Assembly (NCBI GenBank): GCA_042217555.1
Contig: JBDGSL010000017.1
Span: forward strand, 1-13,967
Direction of reading: 5' to 3'
DNA: 13,967 bases
Origin: Candidatus Nanohalobium sp.
Lineage (GTDB): Archaea; Nanohalarchaeota; Nanosalinia; Nanosalinales; Nanosalinaceae
Shown here: positions 1 to 8,992 of the stretch, in pieces
Layout: the number at the start of each line of letters is the position of its first letter
Numbering within the stretch: the stretch's first letter is position 1
Position numbers and translations under genes: made by a program
Notes under the pieces: model-generated
Databases searched by the model: none
The model's input: only the letters and a program-made list of their open reading frames with translations
What the model was told of the DNA's origin: nothing

Positions 1-88
1 GTTCGTCCCAGGTCTGACCTGGCTCTTTCTCTTTACCTAGTTCTTTCCAGGTTTCTTCGGAGACCGGAATTCTCTTTGTCGCAGACAT
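1..88 (-). CDS. Small ribbon-helix-helix/antitoxin-like hypothetical protein (N-terminal part; runs off the window)
   Basis: Manual translation from ATG at 88 gives MSATKRIPVSEETWKELGKEKEPGQTWDE. This matches the 'RIPVSEETW.EL...K.PGQT.DE' pattern I recall from small haloarchaeal RHH-like proteins. Confidence 0.65.
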   Translation of the reverse strand, partial: MSATKRIPVSEETWKELGKEKEPGQTWDE

Positions 89-219
89 AATAACATTGTA
101 AGTGTTGTAAAGATTTAAAAAATTTAACATACTTCTAAGCTAGATTGAATAATTAACAACTCAAGAAATTTCCCGGAGATAATTATATTCAGAAACTGAT
201 CTGAGGTTAAAAATTAAGT

Positions 220-263
220 TGCAGGGGACAGGATTTGAACCTGCGAACCGCTAACGGACAGGA
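220..263 (-). tRNA. 3' half only of a tRNA-Leu (partial gene; probable att site)
   Basis: The minus strand reads TCCTG-TCCGTTAGCGGTTC-GCAGG-TTCAAAT-CCTGT-CCCCTGC-A. These are the 3' anticodon-stem strand, a long variable arm (CCG/CGG), the T-arm, the 3' acceptor strand and A73. No anticodon loop or 5' half was found in the window. Confidence 0.8.
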
Positions 264-337
264 GAAATCGCTTCTTTCACGATTTCACGCCTTAACTCGC
301 TTCCCTTCTTGCTTTGAAAGGATTTAAGCGAGTTAAG
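264..337. repeat. Two adjacent inverted repeats abutting the tRNA fragment
   Basis: GAAATCG (264-270) pairs with CGATTTC (280-286). CTTAACTCGCTT (291-302) pairs with AAGCGAGTTAAG (326-337) as a perfect 12-bp stem. Confidence 0.85.
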
Positions 338-407
338 TGTCGGGATATTGTTGTTTGACTGTCTCCATTAATGAGGTTAAAACCAATCTTTAATTATCTT
401 GTTTATT

Positions 408-825
408 CTAGTTGACTTCATCAAGTAGAGTTTTTGCTTTCTGAGGCGTTATTTCTTTGAAACATTCGGTATGAATTTTTATTGGATCGAAATTATAATC
501 TAATTCCTCTTCTCGTTCCGGATTTTCTAATATCCATACTCTTGATTCGTCATTTTGAATTTTTTTTTGAACATAATTCACACTTTATAGGTCGATCAGC
601 ATCAGAACCAATAGGAAATAGTTTTTCTGGAACAGGAGAATACAGTTGAACTTGCAACCCATTTTCAAACATCTTACTTATCAATTCTCTATTTTCTTCG
701 GAAAACTCCTTTGCTGTTTTTTTGAAAGCATTAAATGTAATTAAACCATTATAATCGGAATTCTCTTCGTATGTAAAAGCGAATTTTGCAGGGCTATCTA
801 TATCTTTGACCGGCTTTGTCTTCAT
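408..825 (-). pseudogene. Hypothetical Zn-finger-like protein (~138 aa), frameshifted at an A9 run
   Basis: ORF 550-825 ends CELCSKKNSK*. Removing one base from the T9 run at 560-568 gives CELCSKKIQNDESRVWILENPEREEELDYNFDPIKIHTECFKEITPQKAKTLLDEVN* (stop at 408-410), which completes a CxxC...HxxC motif. Confidence 0.6.
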
Positions 826-854
826 AATTTATAATCCTCATCGATTTTTACATA

Positions 855-1013
855 TTAACTGATTTCTGGCTGAGCTTCTTCAGGGACTCCTCTAAAAGGA
901 TGCCATTTTCGTTCCCAATCGTAGGAATCAGTTTTGTCGTAATCTCCATCAAATGTTCCAAATCCATAGACTCCGTTTTCATCCTCTACATATACTGAAG
1001 GCTCTCTGGTTAT
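855..1013 (-). pseudogene. Start-less acidic reading-frame remnant
   Basis: Open frame ITREPSVYVEDENGVYGFGTFDGDYDKTDSYDWERKWHPFRGVPEEAQPEIS* has halophile-like composition. It is preceded by an in-frame TAG and has no ATG. Confidence 0.35.
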
Positions 1014-1268
1014 CTAGTCTCCGGAGAAGTCAAACAACCCAAACAGATAGTCAGCTTGCGGGGGACACGCTACAAGACTTATGCATCATTCTATACTTTT
1101 GGTTAAGGCTTTAACCTTGTCTAGGGTTTCTACTTAACTTTTAAATAGCTATTTGATGTTCTAGGTTAGAAAATTAAGTAGCTGGTTAAAAATTTAACCA
1201 GTCTGTGAAGTCCATTCCCGTACCTAGTTAAGAAATTAATCAGATATACGAGCTCAGAGAAAATGAAC

Positions 1269-1850
1269 TCAAGCTACTTTTGTGGCTTGTTCATATGGGT
1301 CTATTTCTTCTAGTCCCATGTCCATTAGTTCGTCGTACGCTTCTCCGCCGATTTCGTACCATTCATCGCCATCCTTACTCCAGTTTGAGCCCTTTAAATC
1401 CCAGTCTGACGAGGTGATGACTTTTCTTCCTGCCATCATTCCTGGTTCCGGGCTGTTGTATACTATCATATGCCACCAGTGTTCGTCCTCATGATATCCT
1501 TGATTATCTCGCCAAGATTCAACGTCAGCTCCAGACATCCCTTCCAGATTAGCGTTTTCAAGTTCTAGAGCTCCCAGAGGATGTGTATGGAAGTATCTAT
1601 GGCTTGTATCGCCTTGTTCTGAGAATTCGTTTAATATTTCATCAGCTTCTTTTGTTCCTGTTACTTCTCCTGTATCTCCTACTTCTAAAGTTATGTAGCC
1701 TGCAATTCCAGCATCTGAATTTGGATCCTGCTCGTAGTCGGTAACTATAAAGGCTCCAAGAACTTCTTTATCTAGTCTTGTTAGATCTGCTAGACCTCCA
1801 TCATGCTCATTATACATTAGGTTTGGAGGCATCACAATGTCGCCAGGCAT
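1269..1850 (-). CDS. JAB/MPN (JAMM)-like metalloprotein
   Basis: It has an N-terminal 'KEVLGAFI' Glu and 'FHTHP...MSGAD', fitting E...HxH...SxxD, although the spacer is longer than canonical. The protein is a very acidic 193 aa. Confidence 0.55.
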   Translation of the reverse strand: MPGDIVMPPNLMYNEHDGGLADLTRLDKEVLGAFIVTDYEQDPNSDAGIAGYITLEVGDTGEVTGTKEADEILNEFSEQGDTSHRYFHTHPLGALELENANLEGMSGADVESWRDNQGYHEDEHWWHMIVYNSPEPGMMAGRKVITSSDWDLKGSNWSKDGDEWYEIGGEAYDELMDMGLEEIDPYEQATKVA

Positions 1851-1908
1851 AGTTATTACTTACCAATCACTACATAAAAAAGTTTTCGAATATTTGAATG
1901 TTTGACGG

Positions 1909-2175
1909 TCAAGATTTTTGCCGTCGACCTATATACCAATCTATCTCACCTACGTCATTGGCTAAAATTTTAGCAATCGCTCGGTGGTTTCCATCATTAA
2001 TCATTCCCCAGGTATCGGCTATTTCCCAGTCCTTTTCTCCGTGGACTTTATTCATTCTATCTCTCTTACTGGCTCTATTTCCAGGAGTTACGACCCATGG
2101 CAGAAATTCGTTCAGGACTTCAGGAACTTCCTTTAACGCCATTATGTATTTCACACTCTGATATTCATCAGGATC
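1909..2175 (-). pseudogene. 5'-truncated ParB/Srx-like domain protein fragment
   Basis: It carries the 'MINDGNHRAIA' (DGxHR) motif. The frame continues upstream of the GTG at 2154 (DPDEYQSVKY) into compositionally different sequence in front of the integrase, with no convincing start. Confidence 0.4.
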
Positions 2176-2204
2176 TGCGTCCGGGATCAGTGACGGATGT
2201 GACG

Positions 2205-3806
2205 ATGCGGATGGGGGTTAGAAAGTCGGTTGCACAACAACCGACCGACACGCATCGTGAAACAACAACCAAGACAAACTATGACAGTTCCGACATACAC
2301 AGAAGACTCGAAACCCTCAAAAACAAAGACTGCGTCTCAAAACGCAACGCACAACTTCTCGACGAGTTCGTAGAAGAACTCCAGGCACGAGACGGCACAA
2401 GCGACAGCAGAACAGTCTGGTACATCTCCAAATTCTCCACAATCCTACAACAATACCTCCGAAAAGACAGGTTCGAGAAAGACACACGAATCGACAGAAC
2501 ACTGGAACACGACCAACTGGACGAACTCACCAAATCCGACCTACTAGCAGTAATCGGCGTAATGAAGAAACTGCCGATGAACGACCTCTGGACAAAAGGA
2601 GTAGAAACCAAAGAAGGAATCCTCACACCGTTACAAGCTGCAGAAAGACTTACAGAGGAAGCATTCAACAGCCTGGAAAAGATCTACTCCGACTCCGTGA
2701 AGTACAAGGACTACGAACCCAGCGAAGAAATCTTCAACCAACTCCAAGACTACTCCGCAGCAAAAGTAGAAGACGGCGACTACAAGCTTACAGAGTTCGG
2801 AGAGAACATCAAAGATGTTAGCGAACCTGAGAAGTATGTGGAGAAAACCATGAACGGGTTCAAGACCGCCTTCAAGATGTTTCTCAAACTCCGCCACCCC
2901 TTGAAGATGGACAGACCTCGGAGAGTCAAGAGAATCATCCAGTCAGGAATTCTCAAAGGCAACACAGACGCAGACAGAAAAACCGAACTCCGCCTGTTCA
3001 GCCCCGAACAAATCTGGAAAATGGTAGAAGCAGCCAGAAACCCCAGAGACGCCCTACTGCCAATCCTATGTCTTGATGCAGGAGCCAGGAACAAGGAAAT
3101 CAGGAAAGTAAAGCTCTCTGACATAGAAAAGCAGTCCGAGACATGGATAGTAGAGTTCATCGACTCCAAAAACGGAAAACCGCCAAGAGACCTACCTTTG
3201 ACACACTGCATCGAACAGCTACGGGCATGGCTCGAAAGCCATCCACGAAAAGAAGAACCTGACGCACCACTGTTCGTAACACTTAACGACAAAGGGTACG
3301 GAGAGAAAGGCAGTGAACTCAAGAAAGAGAACATCAACAAGATCCTGAAACGGTTAGCCAAAAGAGCAGACGTAGTAGACAACCCAGAAACTGTCAAAGT
3401 CTACGATTTCAGGCACTCATCCGCCACATTCAGAGGCACAGAACAGGACTGGGGAGTCTCCAGGATGATGTACTGGTATGCGTGGAAAAAGCCAGACCGG
3501 GCGAAAACCTACTGCCACGAGGACAACAAACGGATGACAGAAGCCATCCTGAAAGACAAAGGAATCAAAACCGAGGATAACACCAACAACTCGATGCAGA
3601 TGCAGGAATGCCCACGCTGCGAGGAAAAACGACCAGCCAACGCCGAATACTGTCCAAAATGCTCTCTGCCTTTGGACAGCGAGACAGCCATGAGAGACGC
3701 AGACCTTAAGAAAGCAGCCAAAATCCTCGTAGACATCAAACTCGACGAAAAAATCGAAGACGAAGAACTCAAAGGACGTCTACAACGAGTCAGAGAAGGA
3801 ATCTAA
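2205..3806 (+). CDS. Tyrosine recombinase/integrase with C-terminal zinc ribbon
   Basis: Catalytic residues are R (GARNKE), K (DSKNG), YDFRH (the HxxR box with Y), W (YAWK) and Y (KTYCH). It also has 'PDAPLFV' and CPRC...CPKC, typical of archaeal integrases. The start is uncertain (ATG 2205 or 2211; the ORF is open from 2097). Confidence 0.9.
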   Translation: MRMGVRKSVAQQPTDTHRETTTKTNYDSSDIHRRLETLKNKDCVSKRNAQLLDEFVEELQARDGTSDSRTVWYISKFSTILQQYLRKDRFEKDTRIDRTLEHDQLDELTKSDLLAVIGVMKKLPMNDLWTKGVETKEGILTPLQAAERLTEEAFNSLEKIYSDSVKYKDYEPSEEIFNQLQDYSAAKVEDGDYKLTEFGENIKDVSEPEKYVEKTMNGFKTAFKMFLKLRHPLKMDRPRRVKRIIQSGILKGNTDADRKTELRLFSPEQIWKMVEAARNPRDALLPILCLDAGARNKEIRKVKLSDIEKQSETWIVEFIDSKNGKPPRDLPLTHCIEQLRAWLESHPRKEEPDAPLFVTLNDKGYGEKGSELKKENINKILKRLAKRADVVDNPETVKVYDFRHSSATFRGTEQDWGVSRMMYWYAWKKPDRAKTYCHEDNKRMTEAILKDKGIKTEDNTNNSMQMQECPRCEEKRPANAEYCPKCSLPLDSETAMRDADLKKAAKILVDIKLDEKIEDEELKGRLQRVREGI

Positions 3807-3871
3807 AACATTTCCTTCTTATCTTCTATTCTTACACCGAACTTTAATTCAAGAAAAGCAAATTAGCTACC

Positions 3872-4867
3872 ATGAACCCTGAAGAAATGGTTCAGAAAAT
3901 CCTTGAGAAAGAGTTTCCTGATAGAGAACCTGTAGATACTTACCCGGCCGAAGGAGGTTTTGCACACGACACATTCTTCATAGATTTCAAGGACGAGAGC
4001 TTTGTACTGAAGATAAACGGTTTAGCTGACTTAGTCGAAAAACAGAACCAAGACTGGAATGCTCGGTTTGAAACTGAACCTTATGTACTGGATTTAATCC
4101 GCCAAAAAACCGATATTCCCGTTCCCGAATGTGTCGCAAGAGATACTTCCGAAACCACTATACCTGAATACTACCACATACTGCGAAAGATGGAAGGCTT
4201 TGCTCCGGCAGAAAGCTCTTCTAACCCTGCCTTCAGAAATTTAAGAGAGAACAAAAAGGAACAGATTTTACAGAAACTGGGAAATAATATCGCAAAACTC
4301 CATCAGATACAGTTTGAGGATTTTGGCGAGTTGAGAGTTAAAAATAAAGAATTGACAGTTGAGAAGGCTGAAGGATGGTCAGAATTATTTCATGAAATGA
4401 TATTATTCTGGATAAACCAATTGGAAGGCGGCAAGTTCGATGATCTAATACCTGAAATCAAGAATGCTGTTGAAAGAAACCTGGATTTGATAGAAAATGT
4501 AGGAGCACCTGTCTTGGTTCACAGAGAGGTAGACACTAAGAACATACTTGTTGAAGATGGCGAGCTTGCAGCGATTCTGGACTGGGAGGCATGTGTGGCG
4601 GGACACGGAGAATTTGACCTTGTGACAACAGAAGGAAGAATGATAGCACACAGCTTCAGCACAGACAGTATCTGGGAAAAATACAGGAAAGAACTGTATA
4701 AAGGCTATGAGAATATAAGGAATTTGGAAGTTGGCTGGGAGGAGAGAAGACAATTATATCTCCTATATCCTATGACTCTGGAAATGGCTTTCCATTCTGA
4801 CTCAGGAGCAAACAGCGAAGAAACAATCAGAAAAAGAACGGGAAAGATTCTCGAAGAATTACTTTAA
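3872..4867 (+). CDS. APH/choline-kinase-family phosphotransferase (atypical HRE catalytic loop)
   Basis: Motifs FVLKI, IPVPE, LAKLH-type helix, LVHREVDTKNIL and ILDWE. Confidence 0.85.
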   Translation: MNPEEMVQKILEKEFPDREPVDTYPAEGGFAHDTFFIDFKDESFVLKINGLADLVEKQNQDWNARFETEPYVLDLIRQKTDIPVPECVARDTSETTIPEYYHILRKMEGFAPAESSSNPAFRNLRENKKEQILQKLGNNIAKLHQIQFEDFGELRVKNKELTVEKAEGWSELFHEMILFWINQLEGGKFDDLIPEIKNAVERNLDLIENVGAPVLVHREVDTKNILVEDGELAAILDWEACVAGHGEFDLVTTEGRMIAHSFSTDSIWEKYRKELYKGYENIRNLEVGWEERRQLYLLYPMTLEMAFHSDSGANSEETIRKRTGKILEELL

Positions 4868-4890
4868 GTCTCAATTGAAAATTAACAGTT

Positions 4891-5907
4891 ATGCCTGATG
4901 AGAAAGTAGCTAGAGAGATAGTCAAGCATGAGTTTGATGATCCTGTAATTAAGAATGTCAGAGATGTTTCAGGTCTTTCTCACGCCGTCTTTATTGTAGA
5001 ATTAGAGGATAGAGAGGTTGCTGTCGCCTACTGTTATGAAGAAGTCCTGGAACATCGTTTCGAAGTGGCAGCCGAAACCACGGAACTTGTCGATGAAAAG
5101 ACAGATGTACCCGTTCCAGAAGTAATTTCTGTTGACCTGAGCAAAGAAAATATTCCGCATATGTACTATGTAATGGAGAAAATTGAAGGAGAAGCGATGA
5201 GTGTTTACGGCGGAACACCAGATTTCAGAAGATTCAGTAGAGAAAAGAAAGCAAAAATATTAGAACAAGTAGGAAAACACCTAGGAGAAATCCATAGCGA
5301 AATCCAGTTTTCAAAACACGGAAACATAAGCTATGACCTGGAAAAGAAAGAACTAACGGTAGAAGAGTGTTCAGAATGGCCTGAAGCACTTAGAGAAATA
5401 CTCAACGAACAAATACAAGACATAAAAGATGGAAGATTCTCCGACCTCATACCACAAATACAGGAAATAATAGACGACTACATCCATCTCGTTGATAGAG
5501 AATTTCAGCCTGTCCTTGTACATCAAGACTGTCTGCCCCAAAACATTATGGCAGATGGAGACCAAGTTACAGCTATAGTAGACTGGGAAAGAGCAGCTTC
5601 AGGACACAAGGAATACGACTTCTTCAAGACCGAAAGAGGATTTATTAGAACCGCATTTGAAACTGAAGAAGTTAAAGAACAATTGAGAAAACATCTTTAC
5701 AGAGGCTATCAGGAAACTAATAGTCTGAAAGAAGGCTGGGAAGAGAGAAGAGAATTTTACAACTTCATCTACTACATCAACAAAATTTGGGCTTATCCCG
5801 GAATAGTAGAAGACTGGAATTCAGAAGACAAGGACGAATTTGAAGGACAAATAAGAGAAGAATTTGAAGACATAGTTGAAAGAACCAAAGAAAGCCTAAA
5901 AACCTGA
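4891..5907 (+). CDS. APH/choline-kinase-family phosphotransferase
   Basis: Motifs VPVPEV, VMEKIEG, LVHQDCLPQNIM and IVDWE. It is a tandem paralog of the upstream gene. Confidence 0.9.
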   Translation: MPDEKVAREIVKHEFDDPVIKNVRDVSGLSHAVFIVELEDREVAVAYCYEEVLEHRFEVAAETTELVDEKTDVPVPEVISVDLSKENIPHMYYVMEKIEGEAMSVYGGTPDFRRFSREKKAKILEQVGKHLGEIHSEIQFSKHGNISYDLEKKELTVEECSEWPEALREILNEQIQDIKDGRFSDLIPQIQEIIDDYIHLVDREFQPVLVHQDCLPQNIMADGDQVTAIVDWERAASGHKEYDFFKTERGFIRTAFETEEVKEQLRKHLYRGYQETNSLKEGWEERREFYNFIYYINKIWAYPGIVEDWNSEDKDEFEGQIREEFEDIVERTKESLKT

Positions 5908-5909
5908 TT

Positions 5910-7412
5910 TTACAGCTCTTTTATCATTACTTTAACGCCTATATCCCTACCTTCTATGTCTTGCTTTCTCTCCTCTGTGACTTCATAACCATTTTTCCTG
6001 TAGAAATCAATTGCTTCCAGAGACGCCAGAGTCTCCATTTCCTCCAAGTTTTCTTCTCTGGCTTTCTCCTCTAGTTTCTGCATCAATTTTGAACCAATCC
6101 CTGATCCTTTCAGGTCTGGATCGACAAATATTCCTGCAACCGTACCGCTCTCCTTCTGAAAACCAGCTACGCCTACAATCTCACCGTCCTTTACAGCCAC
6201 AAAATAAACATATCTATCCTTTTCAGCAAACTCCAGGTTCATATCAGGGATTACTTCTTCCAAATGCCTTTGCTGTTCCTTAGAATAATACTCCAGCTCA
6301 ATATCCTCGACTGCTGCCCGAATTAAATGCCGTATATTGTCTTTATCTTTGTATCTTCTGATTTTCATTAATTCCCCCCCCCGGTCGTAGCTTATTTCCT
6401 TTTCAGCCGCCTTTTTTAGATTCTTCTGACGTTTTCTGAATAGTTGCCTGAAGAATTCTTCCTCTTCTTTTACTTCTTTTTGGCTTAGCCCTTCTCTTTC
6501 AGTCCAATTTTCGAATTTCTTCATACCTTCAAAGTTTTGAATCATGCTGTAATAGGTTATTCTCTGTTTCCATCGACCTTTAAACTCTCTCTGATTTCTA
6601 TATCCTCTGAAGAATTCTCTTTCCAGTTCTTGATTAATGCTCTCTGTCTCAAACCAGCGGTAAATCATCGAAACTCTGGAATTGGCGAGATCCCATTCGG
6701 GCGGCCCTGAGATAGCTTTCTCCCAGTCAATTACAGCATTTATATGATCATCTTTGACTATGAGATTATTTGGAGAGACATCCCAGTGGATGCAACAAAA
6801 GTAGTCGTTTGTATCGGCGAGATCTATATGCTGATCTACGAACTGTCGAGCATCCTCCACCATATCACTGAAACGAGTGTTTTCAAGTTCTTCGAGGCGT
6901 TCAAACGCCATTTGTTTCAAGTATTCTTTCCACTCGTGCTCCTCTATCTCTATTTCGCCATTTTTGTAAATTATTTCGCCGGCAGAGTCGAACTCGACCT
7001 TTTTATGGAGTTCTCCTAGATATTCTCCTGCTTCTTTCACGATATTTCTTTTAATTTCTCTTGGCAGATATTTGAACCTGTTCTGTGGATCATATCCTTC
7101 AATTTTTTCGGCTATGTAGAATAGATAAGGTACTTTTTTCTTTGAAAAGTCCGATTTCAGTATTTTCTGTGTAGGAATATCTGTCTTCTGGTTGACAAGT
7201 TCCACGAGCTTTTCCTCCTTCATGAACCGCCTCTCGTATTCCGTACTGGTATTGGTGCAAAGGTAAACAATTAGGCTATCTCCTGATTCAAGTTTAACTT
7301 CAAGAACATCTCTTGCGAAACCTGAATCATATTTCCTAAAGGATTTTACATCATAAGATGCCTCCAACGAACTCACAGTATTCTGAACCATTTGATCTGA
7401 AATTTCGGCCAT
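5910..7412 (-). CDS. APH-family phosphotransferase joined in frame to a GNAT acetyltransferase (possibly two genes)
   Basis: The kinase part has IHWDVSPNNLI and VIDWE. The GNAT part starts at ATG 6368 (MKIRRY) and has FVDPDLKGSGIGSKL and AIDFYRKNGY. A G9 run at 6374-6382 sits at the junction. Confidence 0.85.
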   Translation of the reverse strand: MAEISDQMVQNTVSSLEASYDVKSFRKYDSGFARDVLEVKLESGDSLIVYLCTNTSTEYERRFMKEEKLVELVNQKTDIPTQKILKSDFSKKKVPYLFYIAEKIEGYDPQNRFKYLPREIKRNIVKEAGEYLGELHKKVEFDSAGEIIYKNGEIEIEEHEWKEYLKQMAFERLEELENTRFSDMVEDARQFVDQHIDLADTNDYFCCIHWDVSPNNLIVKDDHINAVIDWEKAISGPPEWDLANSRVSMIYRWFETESINQELEREFFRGYRNQREFKGRWKQRITYYSMIQNFEGMKKFENWTEREGLSQKEVKEEEEFFRQLFRKRQKNLKKAAEKEISYDRGGELMKIRRYKDKDNIRHLIRAAVEDIELEYYSKEQQRHLEEVIPDMNLEFAEKDRYVYFVAVKDGEIVGVAGFQKESGTVAGIFVDPDLKGSGIGSKLMQKLEEKAREENLEEMETLASLEAIDFYRKNGYEVTEERKQDIEGRDIGVKVMIKEL

Positions 7413-7418
7413 AAAACA

Positions 7419-8210
7419 TCACATCTCTAAAGTTTTGAAGTCGCTCCAGACTTCGTAACCTCTCTTTTCGGCTGCCTCTTCCAGTTCTTCTGTGTGCATC
7501 TGGTTTAGGTGTTCGCTGATGTTGACGAGAACTGTTCTATCGGCGTCTACCTGTTTGATATTCTGTTCTATTTCTTCTGTGTATCCGTGGCTTTCTGCTC
7601 CGAACAGTTGTCCTTCTATCAAAGCAATATCAGCATTCTCGTAACAGTCTTCGTCTTCGGGAATATTGCGGACATCAGGCACATAAACAACCTTCTTGCC
7701 CTCTTTCCGGATCACATAACCCTGTGTTTCTTCTCCGTGTTCGACCTTGAAAGCCTCTACAGTGACATCGCCTACTTCGACTGTCTCTCCCGAACTCATA
7801 GTTTGGAAGTTGATGTTTTCGTTTTCGGCTATGTGGCTTTGCTTTTCCTGCAGGTAGTTCTGGGTTGTCTGGTTCCCGTAAACTGTTATTTTTCTTCCAT
7901 GCCAGCCGTTATAGTCGAAATCCTCAGGATTCAAAACGTGCTCTTCTATAGCGATATGATTAAGTTCACGGATTCCTGAAAAATGATCGAAATGGTAGTG
8001 TGTAAAAAAGAACCCATCAACATCAAAAACTTCGACTTCATGCAGCTGCTCCTTGATCTCAGGACTCATCTCGAAAACCAGAGTAACATCATCCGTCTCA
8101 ACCAGTAGACTTGGTCGTCTTCTCTTCTCCGATTCCTGACAGTATTCACAATTACACATAGGAACAGGCATGCCGATCGCATCGCCAGAACCAAGCAGAG
8201 TCACTTTCAT
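7419..8210 (-). CDS. PhnP-like metallo-beta-lactamase-fold phosphodiesterase
   Basis: N-terminus LGSGDAIGMPVPMCNCEYC and THYHFDH (HxHxDH). ATG 8210 overlaps the upstream stop (ATGA), with GGAGG just upstream. Confidence 0.85.
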   Translation of the reverse strand: MKVTLLGSGDAIGMPVPMCNCEYCQESEKRRRPSLLVETDDVTLVFEMSPEIKEQLHEVEVFDVDGFFFTHYHFDHFSGIRELNHIAIEEHVLNPEDFDYNGWHGRKITVYGNQTTQNYLQEKQSHIAENENINFQTMSSGETVEVGDVTVEAFKVEHGEETQGYVIRKEGKKVVYVPDVRNIPEDEDCYENADIALIEGQLFGAESHGYTEEIEQNIKQVDADRTVLVNISEHLNQMHTEELEEAAEKRGYEVWSDFKTLEM

Positions 8211-8956
8211 TTTTGAACCTCCCAAACCGATCTTACAGGTTTTTCAAGCTCTTCTCTATCAAAGCCCTGATAAACACTCCATTCAAAGAATTCTACCAAC
8301 TTAAGAAGTAGTTCAAACTCTCTTTTGGAGACCAGCTTAGTTTTGAACTCATTCTCCCAAACAATCTCATCCTGAGAGTTGTATAATTCGTTCTTTACTG
8401 TTCTTATCTGTTCTACTTCGCTTTCCCAGTTAACCTCAACTACTCTTTCGTATTCCTCACCTTCAATCTCTACTTTTTCGGTTGATCGTGACCCTTCTCC
8501 TGTTCCTTCCGCTACTTTCTCGAAGTCAGGTATATAGAAATCTACTATCAGCCTTCCGTCTTCTTTCAAATGTTCTTTACAGTTCTCCAGTGTTGATATC
8601 TGTTCTTCGATGGTTAGGTTGTGCATGAAGGTATTGAAAGGTATTATAATCAAGTCAAATTTTTTATCATAGTTAAAGTCCTCCATCTTAGCCTGCCTTA
8701 CTTTCGTATCTAAGCCTCTTTCACCAGCCTTCTCCCGCAATTTTTCCAACATTTCTTCTGATATATCGAATCCATAAATATCGGCTCCATTCTCTAAAGC
8801 ATCAAGGTAAATTCTTCCAGTTCCACAGCCGATCTCCAATACTCTTCCATCAGTCTGTCTTATTTCATCTAGATAGAATTGAACATCTTCTCCGTCTTCT
8901 GAGTAAATATAATCGTAGTATTCTGCCCATCCTTTGAACTGATCTTCATCAACCAT
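8207..8956 (-). CDS. Class I SAM-dependent methyltransferase
   Basis: Motif I VLEIGCGTGR, plus GFDISEEML, FDLII and LKEDGRLIVD. Confidence 0.9.
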   Translation of the reverse strand: MVDEDQFKGWAEYYDYIYSEDGEDVQFYLDEIRQTDGRVLEIGCGTGRIYLDALENGADIYGFDISEEMLEKLREKAGERGLDTKVRQAKMEDFNYDKKFDLIIIPFNTFMHNLTIEEQISTLENCKEHLKEDGRLIVDFYIPDFEKVAEGTGEGSRSTEKVEIEGEEYERVVEVNWESEVEQIRTVKNELYNSQDEIVWENEFKTKLVSKREFELLLKLVEFFEWSVYQGFDREELEKPVRSVWEVQK

Positions 8957-8992
8957 AGAAGAAGCTTTAATCTGTTTGAATAAAAATTCGTT

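Noticed and set aside
8..25. GAGCCAGGTCA (minus strand) as the D-loop of the missing tRNA-Leu 5' half
   Set aside because: There is no acceptor or anticodon stem around it, and it reads as codons (EPGQ) of the small gene at 1-88.
2279..3772. Antisense ORFs within the integrase, and similar shadow ORFs in other genes (e.g. 7509-7979, 12134-12403)
   Set aside because: They overlap well-supported genes or the tRNA on the opposite strand and have no motifs.
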